Source of the DNA: Camelus ferus
Lineage: Eukaryota
Direction: 5' to 3'
Assembly (NCBI RefSeq): GCF_009834535.1
Contig: NC_045696.1
Location: 107,510,001 to 107,574,000, forward strand
DNA: 64,000 bases
The position numbers and the translations under genes were made by a program. Within the stretch, counting starts at the first letter, position 1, and each line of letters starts with the position of its first letter. Positions 51,666-64,000 of the stretch are shown piece by piece. The notes under the pieces were generated by a model that had not been told where the DNA came from, did no database searches, and worked only from the letters and a program-made list of their open reading frames with translations.

Positions 51666-53173
51666 TCTAATGCATGTATTTCTATATGTGTATATACATA
51701 TATATATATTATATATGAATTATACTTCAAAAAATCTTAAACAATATATATATATCAGTTCCATAGAGTTTTGTTTTGCTTTATGGAACATTTCGATCTT
51801 TGAATTATACTTTTTTTTTTAAATTTAGGTTTTCCTAAGTATTGATTTGGGGGGGGGGGCTTTTTTTCCTCTTGCTTGCTGTCGGGCCTGTTTAGATAGA
51901 TTATTTTCTTTGTAGTCTCCTTGGGGCCCAGGTCTGGTTGTGAACACTAAGTGGCTACATCTCATAGTTGGTATAAAGCAAGAGAAGCTCTACCCTAGTG
52001 GGCTTTTGTGACATAGAAGCAGCAGGCAGCCTTCAAAGATACCTTTGAAAAGCATCTCAACTCTCCAGTCTGCTACCCTCTTCAGTCTACACCCCACCCC
52101 TCAACACACACACACCCAGTCTCAAGAGCTGGGAAGATTCAGTGAACCCTTTTAGTTCTCTTTTGATTCCTTTAGGGCTTAGTAACCTACATAACATTGA
52201 TGTAGCACCAACATTAACTTTCTTTGGAGGTATCTGACTGAGTGCCAAGCTCTTCCGTATCTCTGCTTTCTATTTCTTGCTCTTAGGATATCTTGCTTTT
52301 CTAAGTGTCACACTTGTTTTCTTTCCTAGGACACCAGCAGAGCTCAAGAACTCATTTATAATCAATTTTACCAGCAGCAATTTGGCCCAGAAAAGACAAA
52401 TAGCCACAAATTTAAAATATTCAGATAACAATGTTCGCAGAATTTCTTACTCTCTACTTTGTGAATTTTCATTTCTTTACCAAAATGTTTTAGGCTAGAA
52501 TGGGAAACCTCTAACTAGCTGAGTTCAACTGTCAGTTTCATGTTTTAAACAAGATGACACAATCTGGTGATACCAGGGACCCATGTTAGGTTTTTCCTTT
52601 AAGTCTAAAGGAAAATCTATTAAAATCTATTAAGATAGATTTAATAGAAAGTTCATAGTAAAATTGGAAGAAATGGAGTTGCAGTTGGCAGATGTGAAAA
52701 GTTGGTTTTGGACTTCTTAATGAAGTGCTTATACTCTTGAAATTCTCAATTCTTAAGAAAGATGCTGTGTATCACAGTTTTCATGATTAGTTTAGTATGA
52801 ATTCAGTAGCAAATAGCATTTCTAGTCTAGACTTCTTTCATTCTCTCTTTGGTTTCTACTTAAATTCTCTCAACTAGGACCCAAGTACAAGAAAACTGAA
52901 ATTATTATTTTGAATGAATGGCTTAGAATAATGAATTAAATACTGGTTCTAAATAATAATTTTTGAGCACTGTAACAGTTACTTAGTTGTGGATGGTCAA
53001 AACAAACAAAAAAGAGAAAGCCATCATGAACCCCTGTAAGTCACCTTTGATTTCTGTCTACATCTACTTGGAGAAAAAGGTTTCTTTTCCAGTAGAAGGA
53101 CAAAAAAAACTGATGAAACTTGATGTCACATGTCATATTTAATTTGTTCTTCCCCTCCCCCCCCCTTTTTTAG

Positions 53174-53383
<210 letters not shown>

Positions 53384-54377
53384 TAACCAACATTTTATTT
53401 CCTTTTCATTTAGTTTTGTTTAATATATTCTATTCTAATTAAGATTTATTTAGATTAAATATTAATTTAAATTAATTACTATGCTCTTGAAAAATACTGT
53501 TTCTCTTCAAAATGTACATGAATGGTTTGTATTCTCTATTTAAGTAAAATGTGTGTCTATTTTGATAACTGCCATTTGGTAGTCTTGAGAATGAAAATTG
53601 AAAATTTCTGGCAAATGTTACCAAATCTCTTTCTGAATGTTTATTTTTCTATGTTTTTATTTTATAACCAAAGGAATTTTAGGTGTCCCTCAGGCCATAT
53701 TCTTTGGTAAATCCAAATAATAGTTAAAATTCCAAACAAATAGTATTTTTTCCACTTAATTACATTGTTTCTTTGCTCCTTGTTATTATACATAAATGTG
53801 TAAATATTTGTTATATATATTTGAAACAATTCCATCTAATTGTAATAGGTAATTGTGACCTAGCTGGCATTCTTTCTATTAATAGTGTTTTAATAACCTA
53901 AGCATATCTAAATGTAATGTCTCTAAAATCAGTTCATTTAGGTAGGCTATAGATAATCTGAAGAACTGACAGATTATAGTTTTCACTTTTACTTTTATTT
54001 TTGAATTATTTAAACAAATTCTCAGCCAAGTATATTCATTTTCCCTTTGTTTTTCATAACAAGGTAACTTTGTTAATTTAGCCATTGTTCTGAATTTCTC
54101 AGTGATTTTAACTGTGCATACCTAAAATGACTAAGTGTCTATTTTTCCTCCTGTCATACAGAGAGAGAGGGTGAAAGAGAGGGTGAAATATATGTGTATG
54201 TTCACATACACATATATTTAAATACTTCCAGATTACATCGTTTTTAGTAGCAGTAACTGTCTATACATTCATCTTACACATTACTGTGACAAAAAAACAA
54301 GATTTAGTTTCATTAATTGCATTTCATCTTACATAAAAAGTTAAATTTCTCATTTATCCAATATATTTAAGTACATT

Positions 54378-54512
54378 GATTCCCAAACTTTAGCATGCAT
54401 CAGAATCACCTCCATTACTTAACTGAGATGGATTGTGTGGTCTTGCTTCCAGAGTTTAACAGGTTTCTAGCTGATGCTGATGCTTGTGGGGACTGCACAT
54501 TGCAAACACCTG
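54378..54512. mobile_element. MER5A-type fragment
   Basis: ttcccaaactttagcatgcatcagaatcacct...gctgatgctgatgct. Confidence 0.65.
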
Positions 54513-56724
54513 ATTTAAAATTTTGTCATTTTCTGACTTAATCTTTTGACTGAAGCCATTGTGATAATTTTATATAGAGTCATCCTGCTACTCATTTTTT
54601 TTTTCCCATTTCTTTTTCTTTCCTTGCTCAATGTGGTTAATCCATATTGGTGTCCATTATTCCCTTAGTTGCAGTTCTAATGGAACAAATATGACACACC
54701 ATTTTTCTTTTGAGAGTGTCCTTTTACTCATTAGGAAAAGAGGAAGATTTCTTACTTAATTTTATCTTTTTAAAAAAGATAAAGCCACACAATTTATTGT
54801 TGAAAAAAATTCTGTATAGAACAAACATCATACACATTTTATTCTGTATTTTGAGAATTTCCTCTTCCTTATCATTAGGAGGAAAAAGAGATCTTGTACC
54901 CAGTTGTAACTTTTTGAAATGGTACTTTAAATATAACTATATATTATTTTAAAATTATCTGATATTATAATTTTTTTCTAATTTCATGACTTTTAGTGTC
55001 TTCTGCATTTTATATTTGCTTTTTTTCTTTCCTTTGTATTTTCTATATTCTTTTCATTCTCAATTTCTTCTATGTACAGTAATGCCCATTTAGCTGGTTT
55101 TCAGATGCATAGTACATGCAGTGATTTGAAATAAACTTAAACACAAGATAGAAATTGCTTCTAAATAGCCAAAATACTGCCGCCAACAGTTATTATCTAC
55201 TTTCCTAATGCTGAGACAGAGCAACAAATGAATGGAGGGCAAATGTTAGATGTTGTCCTGCTGACAGAATTGTGAAATGACAATTTATAACAAAAAAGAA
55301 GTCAGAAAATTTTGCTTATAGATATCAAGATAGAGAGCAATCTGGGGCTTCTCTGCAGGGGCAAGCTACCTCTCTTTAATCCAGAAAGTTGTGTGCATTC
55401 TGAATAAAATATTAAATATATGACATATACTCTAAGAACACAAAAGAAGAAATAATACAGAAATATGCAGAACACTTTGACTTTTAAAACATTTTAATTT
55501 CCTGAAAACGCACTTTAATTCATTTGCATTTGTCCTTTACCACTGTGTAAATGAAGTATTACTGTATTTTACTGACTTTGTGATGGTCCATTTCTGCTCT
55601 CCTTTCCACTGGCCCATTTTCAGTGACTTTTATTATTGTATTGTTTTCCCTATGTTTGTCTCCCTAGTAATCTGTATATGCTGATTTTATATATGCTTAA
55701 TCATACTTTAATTATGGCTTTCCTCCTACTCCTTTTGAGTTGAGTAACTCTTCCCTACTTCCAGTGCCCGTCTGTATTTCTTTTCTCACAATTTACCTAT
55801 GATCACGATAGCTTTTAAAACTGCCTGATAAATGCCATTTTGTTTTCACCTAAGCTCTTTTTATATCATCTAGCCTATTTGTATTTGTTAATTATTTTTC
55901 AGAATCAGAAATAAGGAAAAATGGAAGCCAGATATTATACTTATTTTTTCAAAAGCTAAAATCTATTTTTTAAGTTATTCTCAAATTTACTTCAAATGAT
56001 TACTATAATTTCTCTGTGTCTGCATTAATTATCATATCTTCCAAGGCTCAGTTTCATAAAATGTGAGACGTATCAGTCACCTACCCTTCAACAAAACACA
56101 GAGATCTTACTGAGAACATAATTCCAGGTTGGATAATAATTATCCGTCTTTTCAAGGATTATTCTGTTTTCATCTTTGTCCTTTTCTCTTATTCTCTCCC
56201 TCCTTTTTTTCCTTTATGGTATGTGTATGAGGGGTAGGTTAAAAGATAATCATTTTTATTCACTTTGCAGGAGGAGTCTTGGGGACTAGATAAAATGGGC
56301 AGGAACATTATATCCTCTGCTTCAAAGACTATGTGCATGGACAGTTACAAGGCAGTTATGGCCAGATATGATTATCGGCTTTGGAATAAAATGCTCCTTG
56401 ACATTGCTTTTATCTTAGCTGAGAAGAGAGAAAATCAGGTTAGTTGTTTTGTAGGGTACAGATATGATAAGTTTTAGAGCTTCATAAGTCATCAGAGTGG
56501 TCTTACCAGTAGAACTTTTAATTTGTCTTCCAAATATCCCATTTTCTTGCCATTAATTAACTAATGTGTCCCAATTGTGTTTATGCATTGCATTTAATTG
56601 TATATTTTTGCCACATTTTTATTAAAATTAATTTTTTTATCATTTTATAGTTATTCAGGTTTGTTTATTCTCCAGTTAGGAGTAGTCTCATTTTTCCATT
56701 GGAGTTAAACTGGACTTTCCTACC

Positions 56725-56748
56725 TTTTTTTTTTTTTTTTTTTTTTTT
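56725..56748. repeat. T24 homopolymer
   Basis: Read directly. Confidence 0.95.
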
Positions 56749-57849
56749 GGAATTCTTTTTATCATTGAATTGAAACAGACTGGTTAGCAATTACTCTTTA
56801 TATTACATTTTCCTAGTTGTTTTTCTGTACTTTTAATTGGAATTATAAAGCATACTCCCGTTTGACCTATCTTAATAAAGAAGCTTTACATTGCAATAAA
56901 GTTTTCATTAATAGTTAATCTTCAGAATTAAATGCCCTCATTTCTCTTCTAAATAGCTGTATCAGTTAGACATATTAGAACATAGTTTGTGGATTTAATT
57001 TATATAAGTATTATTTTGTCATTATTATTTTGGTGGATTTATAGCCTGAGACTGGACACATTTTCTTTCCTTGATTTCATGAAATTTTCATGAAAAGATG
57101 TTTTTCTTCCCAAGGTCAAATAGATTTTGTTTGTTTTACCACTTTAATTTTTGGTGCTATAAATTCTGCTCTCAAAATAATCTACTTTTCAGCTTTATAG
57201 TTACATTATTCTTAGGCATTTGCTTTTAAAATACATGCTAATACTTTATAAGTTGTTGATTTCAAATTTTTGTTAGATGACAATTTGCAAGATGAGTAAT
57301 GTTGGTGTACTTTTTTATTTTTTTGCTGTTTTCTCACCTATATAATTTTCTGTGTTACAATGAGATTAATATTTGCTACCTCTCACTTCTAAGGTGAAAA
57401 TGTTAACTTCATAAAGGAGAATTAAGAATACAAAGTTTGTATTAATAATGGCATGGTGGTTGATTCTGTTGTGTTTTTTTCTAAAGTGAATTATGGGAAA
57501 AGTATAAAATGTGCTTAAGATCATCACATGACAGTCAAGTGGCCTCATTATGCTGAGAGGCCAGTCCTTCACCACTAGTTAACAGTAGCTCACTCTCGGA
57601 CTCTTGGGGAAGTAAACATTTCTTTATATTTCATTATTAACATTATTATATTGATAAGTGATTGATTTTATATTGGCATGATTTCTTGTTGATTAACAAT
57701 TCCTATCAAGTCACCATCTCTGGACTTTCACTAAGAGGAACAATAAGGTATATGAAATTGCTTTGTTCCCCCATCATAGACTGAAAATCACTTTGTCTCA
57801 GTAAATTAACATCTTTTCTTTGGCTTTCAGTTGCTGAAACCGTGTAATA

Positions 57850-58060
57850 TGGGTTCATAGAAAGGGTTCTGGGCCGAACTGTCTAAATCCATATCCCTTT
57901 TTACCTTTTACTAGTTGGGTAATTTGGATAAGTCCTTAATTTATTTGGCCTCACTTTTTTCATATGCAAAGTCGAAAGGATAATGATAGCTACCTCATTA
58001 AAAGAAATTAGGAGAGCTTGGATTAGTGCCTGACATCTAGTAAACTGCTGCCATTATTCT
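57850..58060 (+). mobile_element. MIR
   Basis: tttactagttgggtaatttggataagtc...gcctcacttttttcatatgcaaa...agtgcctgacatctagtaa. Confidence 0.7.
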
Positions 58061-58904
58061 GTAATGATGAGAAGAGCCAATACTGTTTGCAGTGTTTCTC
58101 TTCATTCATTTTTTTTCCTCAGAGTTTATTGAACACCTACTCTGTTTTGGTAATAGAAGATATTGCAAACGTAGAAATCAAAAAAAAGAGAAATAAACAT
58201 ATCTTTCAAAAACTGCTAATAAGAATGCTAACAGCATGCATTTTCATTTTACTTATCTTTTGGCTCTCAGGTGTGAAATTCCATTTATTAAATTCTGCAA
58301 ATATTTTATAACTCTTAACCAGATATAATATTTCTGGTTCCTATGGTTAGGACCTGAAAATTTTAGGTTAGTCTGGCATTATCAAAGATCAGACTATACA
58401 GTCTAATCTCTCTTCCTTCATTTCTTTATATTTCATTTTCCTTTTATTCATTACATTTTTTTTTACCTTTTCATTGCTTTTTATTTTGTCCATTATTATT
58501 ATTTTTTTTTTTTTTTTTACTTTAACACCTTTGGTGTTCTCATTCCCTCTCCAAATATAACACTTTTTTCAGCTTTCTAGGATTTGTATATAGTAGACTT
58601 TTGGTGTTATCATAGGATTAATGCCCAATAATTGACCAAAGCTGCAAATACCACTATACCCTATAACTGTACACATAAAATACAGTAAACTTTTAAAATG
58701 TAGTTACTCTTTCAAATCTAAATACAGGTATCTAGAGTAGTGTTTTAAGTTTTTTAGTTAAAAAAACTATCATTTTCTTAGATTTATCTCTTTTACTTTC
58801 TGTCATCAGGTATGAAAATTAGCTTTCTTTTGGAGGCCAGTTTTTGTAAAGAAATCATGATTTTTAAAATCACTTTACAAGCATTGTATATCTTTTATGT
58901 ATTA

Positions 58905-59070
58905 ACTTGGTGACCTTGCACAAGTTCCTTAACTTCTGGGCCTCACACTTTCCCTCCTCATCTGTATAGTATTGATACAATAGTCCCATCTCATAGGTGT
59001 GAGGCTTAAATGAAATAATTCATGTTGAGAGTTTCACATATACAAGTCACTCAGTAATTGTCTGATGTTA
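58905..59070 (+). mobile_element. MIR
   Basis: gtgaccttgcacaagttccttaacttctgggcctca...ctcatctgta. Confidence 0.7.
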
Positions 59071-59469
59071 TAACTGTGACAGAATAACAAAGCTTGCTTG
59101 GTTTAGTTCTTAGAAAGGCAGAGAAATTGAGAAAAATTCTTGTATATTTTTCATTAACATCTTCATGGTGTACATTTAAACATTTTCTATATACATAAAA
59201 TTACATATGTAACTTTAAAAGGATTCAGAAAAGGAGAAAAGTACAAAAACAATAGTTAGCCACAACATGTTGATATTTCCTTTAAGGTTTTTTTCTCATA
59301 TACATATTTGTGAGGATTTTTTATTTTATTTTAAAATAAATGGTAGGATCAATTCTGTGGCACATATTTTCTGTACTTTTAATTTTTTTATAATCATGTT
59401 TCATATATCTGCCTCATTTCTATAATCTATATGTCATTTAAGTTATTTAACCTTTCTGCCATTGTTTGG

Positions 59470-61030
59470 ATCTTTGTCTTTTGTTAGATTCATTATCGTC
59501 TTTGACTTGCGTTCTTTTTTTAATTTATTGTCTCCTTTTTGGGTAACATGTTTTTTGATAGCTTCTTGAGAAGAAGAATATTGGGGAAGTATGTATGTGA
59601 TACTTTATTTGCCTGAAGAATATACTGTGTCCTTATGTTTAATTGTCTGACCCAATATAGAATTTATCGTTGAAAATTTTCTTCAGAATTTTTTCTCTAG
59701 CTTCCAGTGTTGCTGTTGAGAAGTCCAGTGCTGTTTCAGACTTCTGATTCTGACCCGGTTCTTGTCTTTGGAAGCTTTTAGACTGTTCTCCTTGTTCCTG
59801 ATGTTCTGAAATATCATGGTGATATACCCTGACGTGTGTATATAATTTTTCATTCATTTTGCTGGGCACTCTTTATTGAATACTTATTGCTTGGATGTTA
59901 ATCTCATGAATCAATTCTGAGTTTCTTGTTATTTCTCTTCTAGTTTCCATTTCTTAGTTCACTTTTTTTCTTTTTGGTTCACTTTTCTTATATTTCCTCA
60001 AATTTATTGAACTTATTTTTCATTAATTTAAATATTCTATGAGTTCTTTAGCACTCTCCTAGTCTTTTTCTTTTTTTTAACATTGTCTCATGCATGTAAC
60101 ATTTTCTCTTATCTCTTTGACAATGTTAATTATGACTCTGAAGGTTTTTCCTGCTCCCTTCTCTGATGCCTTTTCTGATTCTCTGCTTTTATTGGTATCT
60201 TTCATGTTGGAAACTTGCCTTAAATACCTGTTCGTTGGCTCTCTAGTCATTGCTGAGAATGAGACACTAAGAAGCTGATTGCCGGAGAGGGTCTGGGGGG
60301 TGTGTGTGTGTGTGTATGTATGTGTTGTGTTTGCTAGAGGGGGGGCAGTAGCTCTGGCTTCTTTGGTGAGCATCACTGCAGGATAGTCTTGTGTTCAGTT
60401 AGTGTTTTCATTGCAGACTCTAAATTATTGGTATTAATAATTATTTTCCCAGGGAAAGTTCAGCTTCTTTGCAGAAGGATCTTTCAGTCTCCTTGAGTCT
60501 GGTTGCTGTCTGCCATTTGGGAGTTATACAGGGTGAAGGAGCACCCAGGGCACTCTGTAGTTAACATATATCCCTCCTCTATGTCTGATGAGTCCAAATC
60601 ACTGGTTTATTTTCTTTAGGGAATAAACTTTCTGGACTTCCAAGATGAATGTCTAGTGGAGGGATTGCTTGTCTAGGTTGGAGTGGAGATTTGGGGATTT
60701 AATTACTTATTATATAAACTTTGAAATAATATTCCTATTTTCAGACCTTATTTCACTCCATCTTCTGTGGAACCTAGTACTTCTCCAAGTCCTGAATGCT
60801 TCTGGGTTCTGCAGAGCAAAATAGTTTTGGTTTTTGTTCTTCTTAAGATACAGTTGTCAAGCTTTGTTGACCATTTGGTTTGATTTCCATGCTTTTCCAC
60901 CTGCTTTGTATATGCATATATTAAAATACTGTGGCTTGGGGTTGTAAGTATGTTTCTGGATTTATTGAAGATGAACATTTTTTTCTTGTTATTTTGGTTG
61001 AGTTTTTAAGAGACTAAGAGATTGGTTAAG
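59470..61030 (-). mobile_element. HAL1/old-L1 ORF1 and 5' region relic
   Basis: ORF 59639..59869 contains DFSTATLEAR, matching the L1 ORF1 C-terminal domain motif. Confidence 0.65.
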
Positions 61031-61449
61031 TCTTTATTATTTGGAAAGTAGAAGTTTGTTAAAAGCCTTTTTGTTTGTTTTTTTAAAATAAGTTTTTTTA
61101 AAACTAAGTAAGAAGTATAACCATATCTCTTAAAATTTTAATCTTGTCCCATTATCAAACATATTTCTAGGGTGTACAGTAATAATTTTCAGAAGTATAA
61201 TAGGTATCACTAAATATAAATGCAGTTTTTTAATTTTCATTTTTATGTTTAGGAACACACAAAAGCAAATTGTTGGATAGTGTTTAAAGGGTTGTTGTCC
61301 ATAATCTTAATTTCAACCATCCCATTTGCCAATAATCTCTTTTGTTTTAGTATTTGCTTTATATGTTCCCAGCTCCAGTATTGTTTTTATTATGTTGAGA
61401 CTTTGAATTCTTTGATACTATATTTTTAGTGTTCTTCACACCCTTCATG

Positions 61450-62095
61450 TCTTCAGTTCCTCCACTTTCCTAGCTTAGATTCTATCATCCAAATTTAGTA
61501 TAATCATGTCCTTCTCATGAAGGACCCTCAGCATCCTTGCCTCTCTCTCCCTCCATCTTACCCCTGGGATAACCCCATATTACCACCTGCTCCACACCTA
61601 CACTAGAGCAGCTAAAAGTGGTTATAGAAAAACACATAATTATGATGACAGGGCTTTTTACATTTTTCTCTTGACTGGACCTTTAGTGCTGCCTAGGAAT
61701 CCTATTACAATATTCTACACAATGGATATTCCCACTTGCTCTTCAGATTATTTCATACTTTCTTCTCAAACGTTTATTATCTCCTATCCTCTCTTCTTCA
61801 CACGTAGCTGATTATCTTGCTAACTTAATAGAGACAAAAGAGAATCCTTCAAGGATTAAAGCTACTTATCTGGGTGCAGCTGTACATATATACTCTGCTT
61901 TTTCTCTTATGACAGTACTGTCTGTCTAAAGTTAGTCCTTGCCCTTATGCAGTGGATCCAGTCCCTGTTTACCACCTCAAGAACCTTGCTTTTCAGGTTG
62001 TTTTTCCTCTCTCTCCTGCTTCAGTTCCTCTACCTACTTCATTAGATAATTCTTGTCATTATATTAATATGCTATAACAGCTCTTACCTTTTAGA
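61450..62095 (+). mobile_element. L2 ORF2 relic
   Basis: cccctgggataaccc, gagcagctaaaagtggttatagaaaaacaca, gcagtggatccagtccc. Confidence 0.6.
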
Positions 62096-62103
62096 AACAC
62101 TCT

Positions 62104-62285
62104 GTATGGGCTCTTCAGAAACAGAACCATTGAGAGATATACTTAATTACTTGCTTACTTTCTTATTTACATTCATGTACACGTAAATAATAAATATAAA
62201 TATATATATATATATATATATTTGGGGAGAGGAAGATTTATTTGACTGGATCACACGATTTGGGAGCTGGCAAATTTAAAATTCT
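62104..62285. mobile_element. MLT2-type LTR fragment with (TA)n at ~62201-62220
   Basis: gggctcttcagaaacagaacca...gatttat...cacacgatttgggagctggcaa. Confidence 0.6.
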
Positions 62286-62289
62286 ATCT

Positions 62290-62450
62290 CTGCCAGTTAC
62301 AGGCTGTGTAATTGTCAAGTCTGTTAGCCAACCTGTGCCTCCATTTTCTCTTAAGTGAAAAAGAAATAATAGTACTTACTTGATAGAATTGTGAGATATG
62401 AATGAGTAAGTGTGTGTAAAGAGCTTGGAAGAGTGGCACATAGTAATAAA
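62290..62450 (+). mobile_element. MIR
   Basis: ctgtgcctccattttctc...gtgtgtaaagagcttggaagagtggcacatagtaa. Confidence 0.7.
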
Positions 62451-64000
62451 TCATTCATTCCTTCTTTTTTGCATAAATGGTAGCATAATATACAAACTGA
62501 GAGGCATCTTGCTTGCTTTTTTTCCCCATCAACAAATATATTGGAGGACTTTTCAGCATATGAATCGTGCCTCATTTTTTTCTAGTGGCTGAATAGTTGC
62601 CCATTGGATTGATGTGCCATCCAGCTTAATGACTCTAAAAACCATTATTTTAGATAATGGTATATATCTGTTAGCTGTCTCTACTTGGGTACCTAATAAG
62701 CACAAGGCTTTCTAATTACTGTTGCCTTTTCTATTTCTCTTATTTCCTATATTGTCATACTCTTTTAGCTCTCCCTTCAAAATATACTTCACAACTGACT
62801 TTCTATATGTTGCTACTACTTTAATTCAAGCTAGCACTGCTTTACTAAGTTGCTCGGGGCCAAAAACTTGAGAATCATCATTCTTAGTGTCATTTTATTG
62901 TTAGATTCAACAGACATAAGATTATTTTGTCACATTGTTATATAAACTTCTAAAAAGTTACTTTCAAATTGTTGCTTTTAATGCACTGATAACAATCTAT
63001 TTGTGGTCAGTACATATTTGCAGAACATATTCTTAGTAGCACAGCACTAGAACAAGTTTGGCATTCTGTAGTCAACAGTTAAAATTTGGAGGCTAAATGA
63101 AGTATTATTCTCTTTGGTAGACAAGGATTAGTCACTTCAAAGTGCACATCATAGAATCCAGGCTGAATTCCTGTAAGATTATTAATTTATAAAATTCTAT
63201 TAGTAATACCAGTAAAATTTAATTAATGCTGACTCTAGTCAAGAATGAGTCTTTTTTCAGTGGACTCATTAGTCCCCATCACAATTTACAAATTGTGTCT
63301 ATCTCATTAAGTTAGAAGTCTCTCTTTCAATAGTTGTTTATTTGGTTATATGTTAGTATGTAAAGTGAAAATATCAGTGAAGTTTAAGCCATACAGATTC
63401 ATAAACATCTCAGTAAATACTGCTATATCATATCTTAATACTTTTCTGAAAATGTATTGATCATTTTGCATTTTTTTGTTTTAGTACGTTGATACATTTT
63501 GTTGTTTGTATATACCTATAATAGGAGGAGGGTCATTACATAATGACAGTTGGAGTTTGGAGTCTGGGTTTACAAGTGGATACTTAGCTGAAAACAAAAA
63601 CCACTAAGTTCAAGAAAATTTATATCTCAGCTTCAACTGGTGAATTCCAGCTAGGGATGGTGTTAATTTTAATGCTTGCCAACTCCTTGATCATCAAGTC
63701 ATTTTGTTTTAGAGATAGAGAAGTGTAAATTGAATTAAGCTCCATTTGGGTATGACTTTGTATGCTTAGGACAATCTCTTTTAAACTGTTTATCCCTGAC
63801 TTGGGCAATTTGAATGCCCCAGAGCCCTCCTGTCTTTTAGCTATTCTCCTTTTAAAAGTGCTTTTAACCTTCATATTCTACTGACAACATATAAAATAAA
63901 GTCAGGTCACTAGCCTGTATTTTGAAACATAAGATTTCTCAATTTGTTATATTTAGACACTGTGTCTCAGGAAAAGGGAAACATTTTCATTAAAAACATT

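Noticed and set aside
57074..57096. Tandem palindromes ATTTCATGAAAT/TTTTCATGAAAA
   Set aside because: Short, AT-rich and likely slippage; spacing does not match a GAS site.

Overview
AT-rich, CpG-poor mammalian DNA that lies entirely inside the cohesin subunit gene STAG1 (SA-1) on the + strand. tRNA-derived Vic-1-type SINEs suggest a camelid. Only two coding exons are present: 30054-30130 (77 nt) and 53174-53378 (205 nt). They splice in frame to [47 protein letters not shown]...RHTSTLA. The rest is intron filled with nested transposon fossils: three large rearranged L1s, a full-length Tigger2-family element with both TIRs, a MER41-like solo LTR, SINEs, MIR/L2/MER5 relics and microsatellites. 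I found no new protein-coding system. The best leads are: (i) two antisense L1 5'UTRs, each with an ATG-led ORF and a consensus splice donor in phase with the next STAG1 exon (ORF0-like fusion candidates); (ii) an internally deleted L1 whose tail is a captured MIR fragment; (iii) a recursive-splice-like start of the 77-nt exon; (iv) a ~70-bp L1 insertion with a perfect 19-bp TSD. Repeat family names come from motif recognition by eye, not database searches. Repeat boundaries are approximate unless stated.
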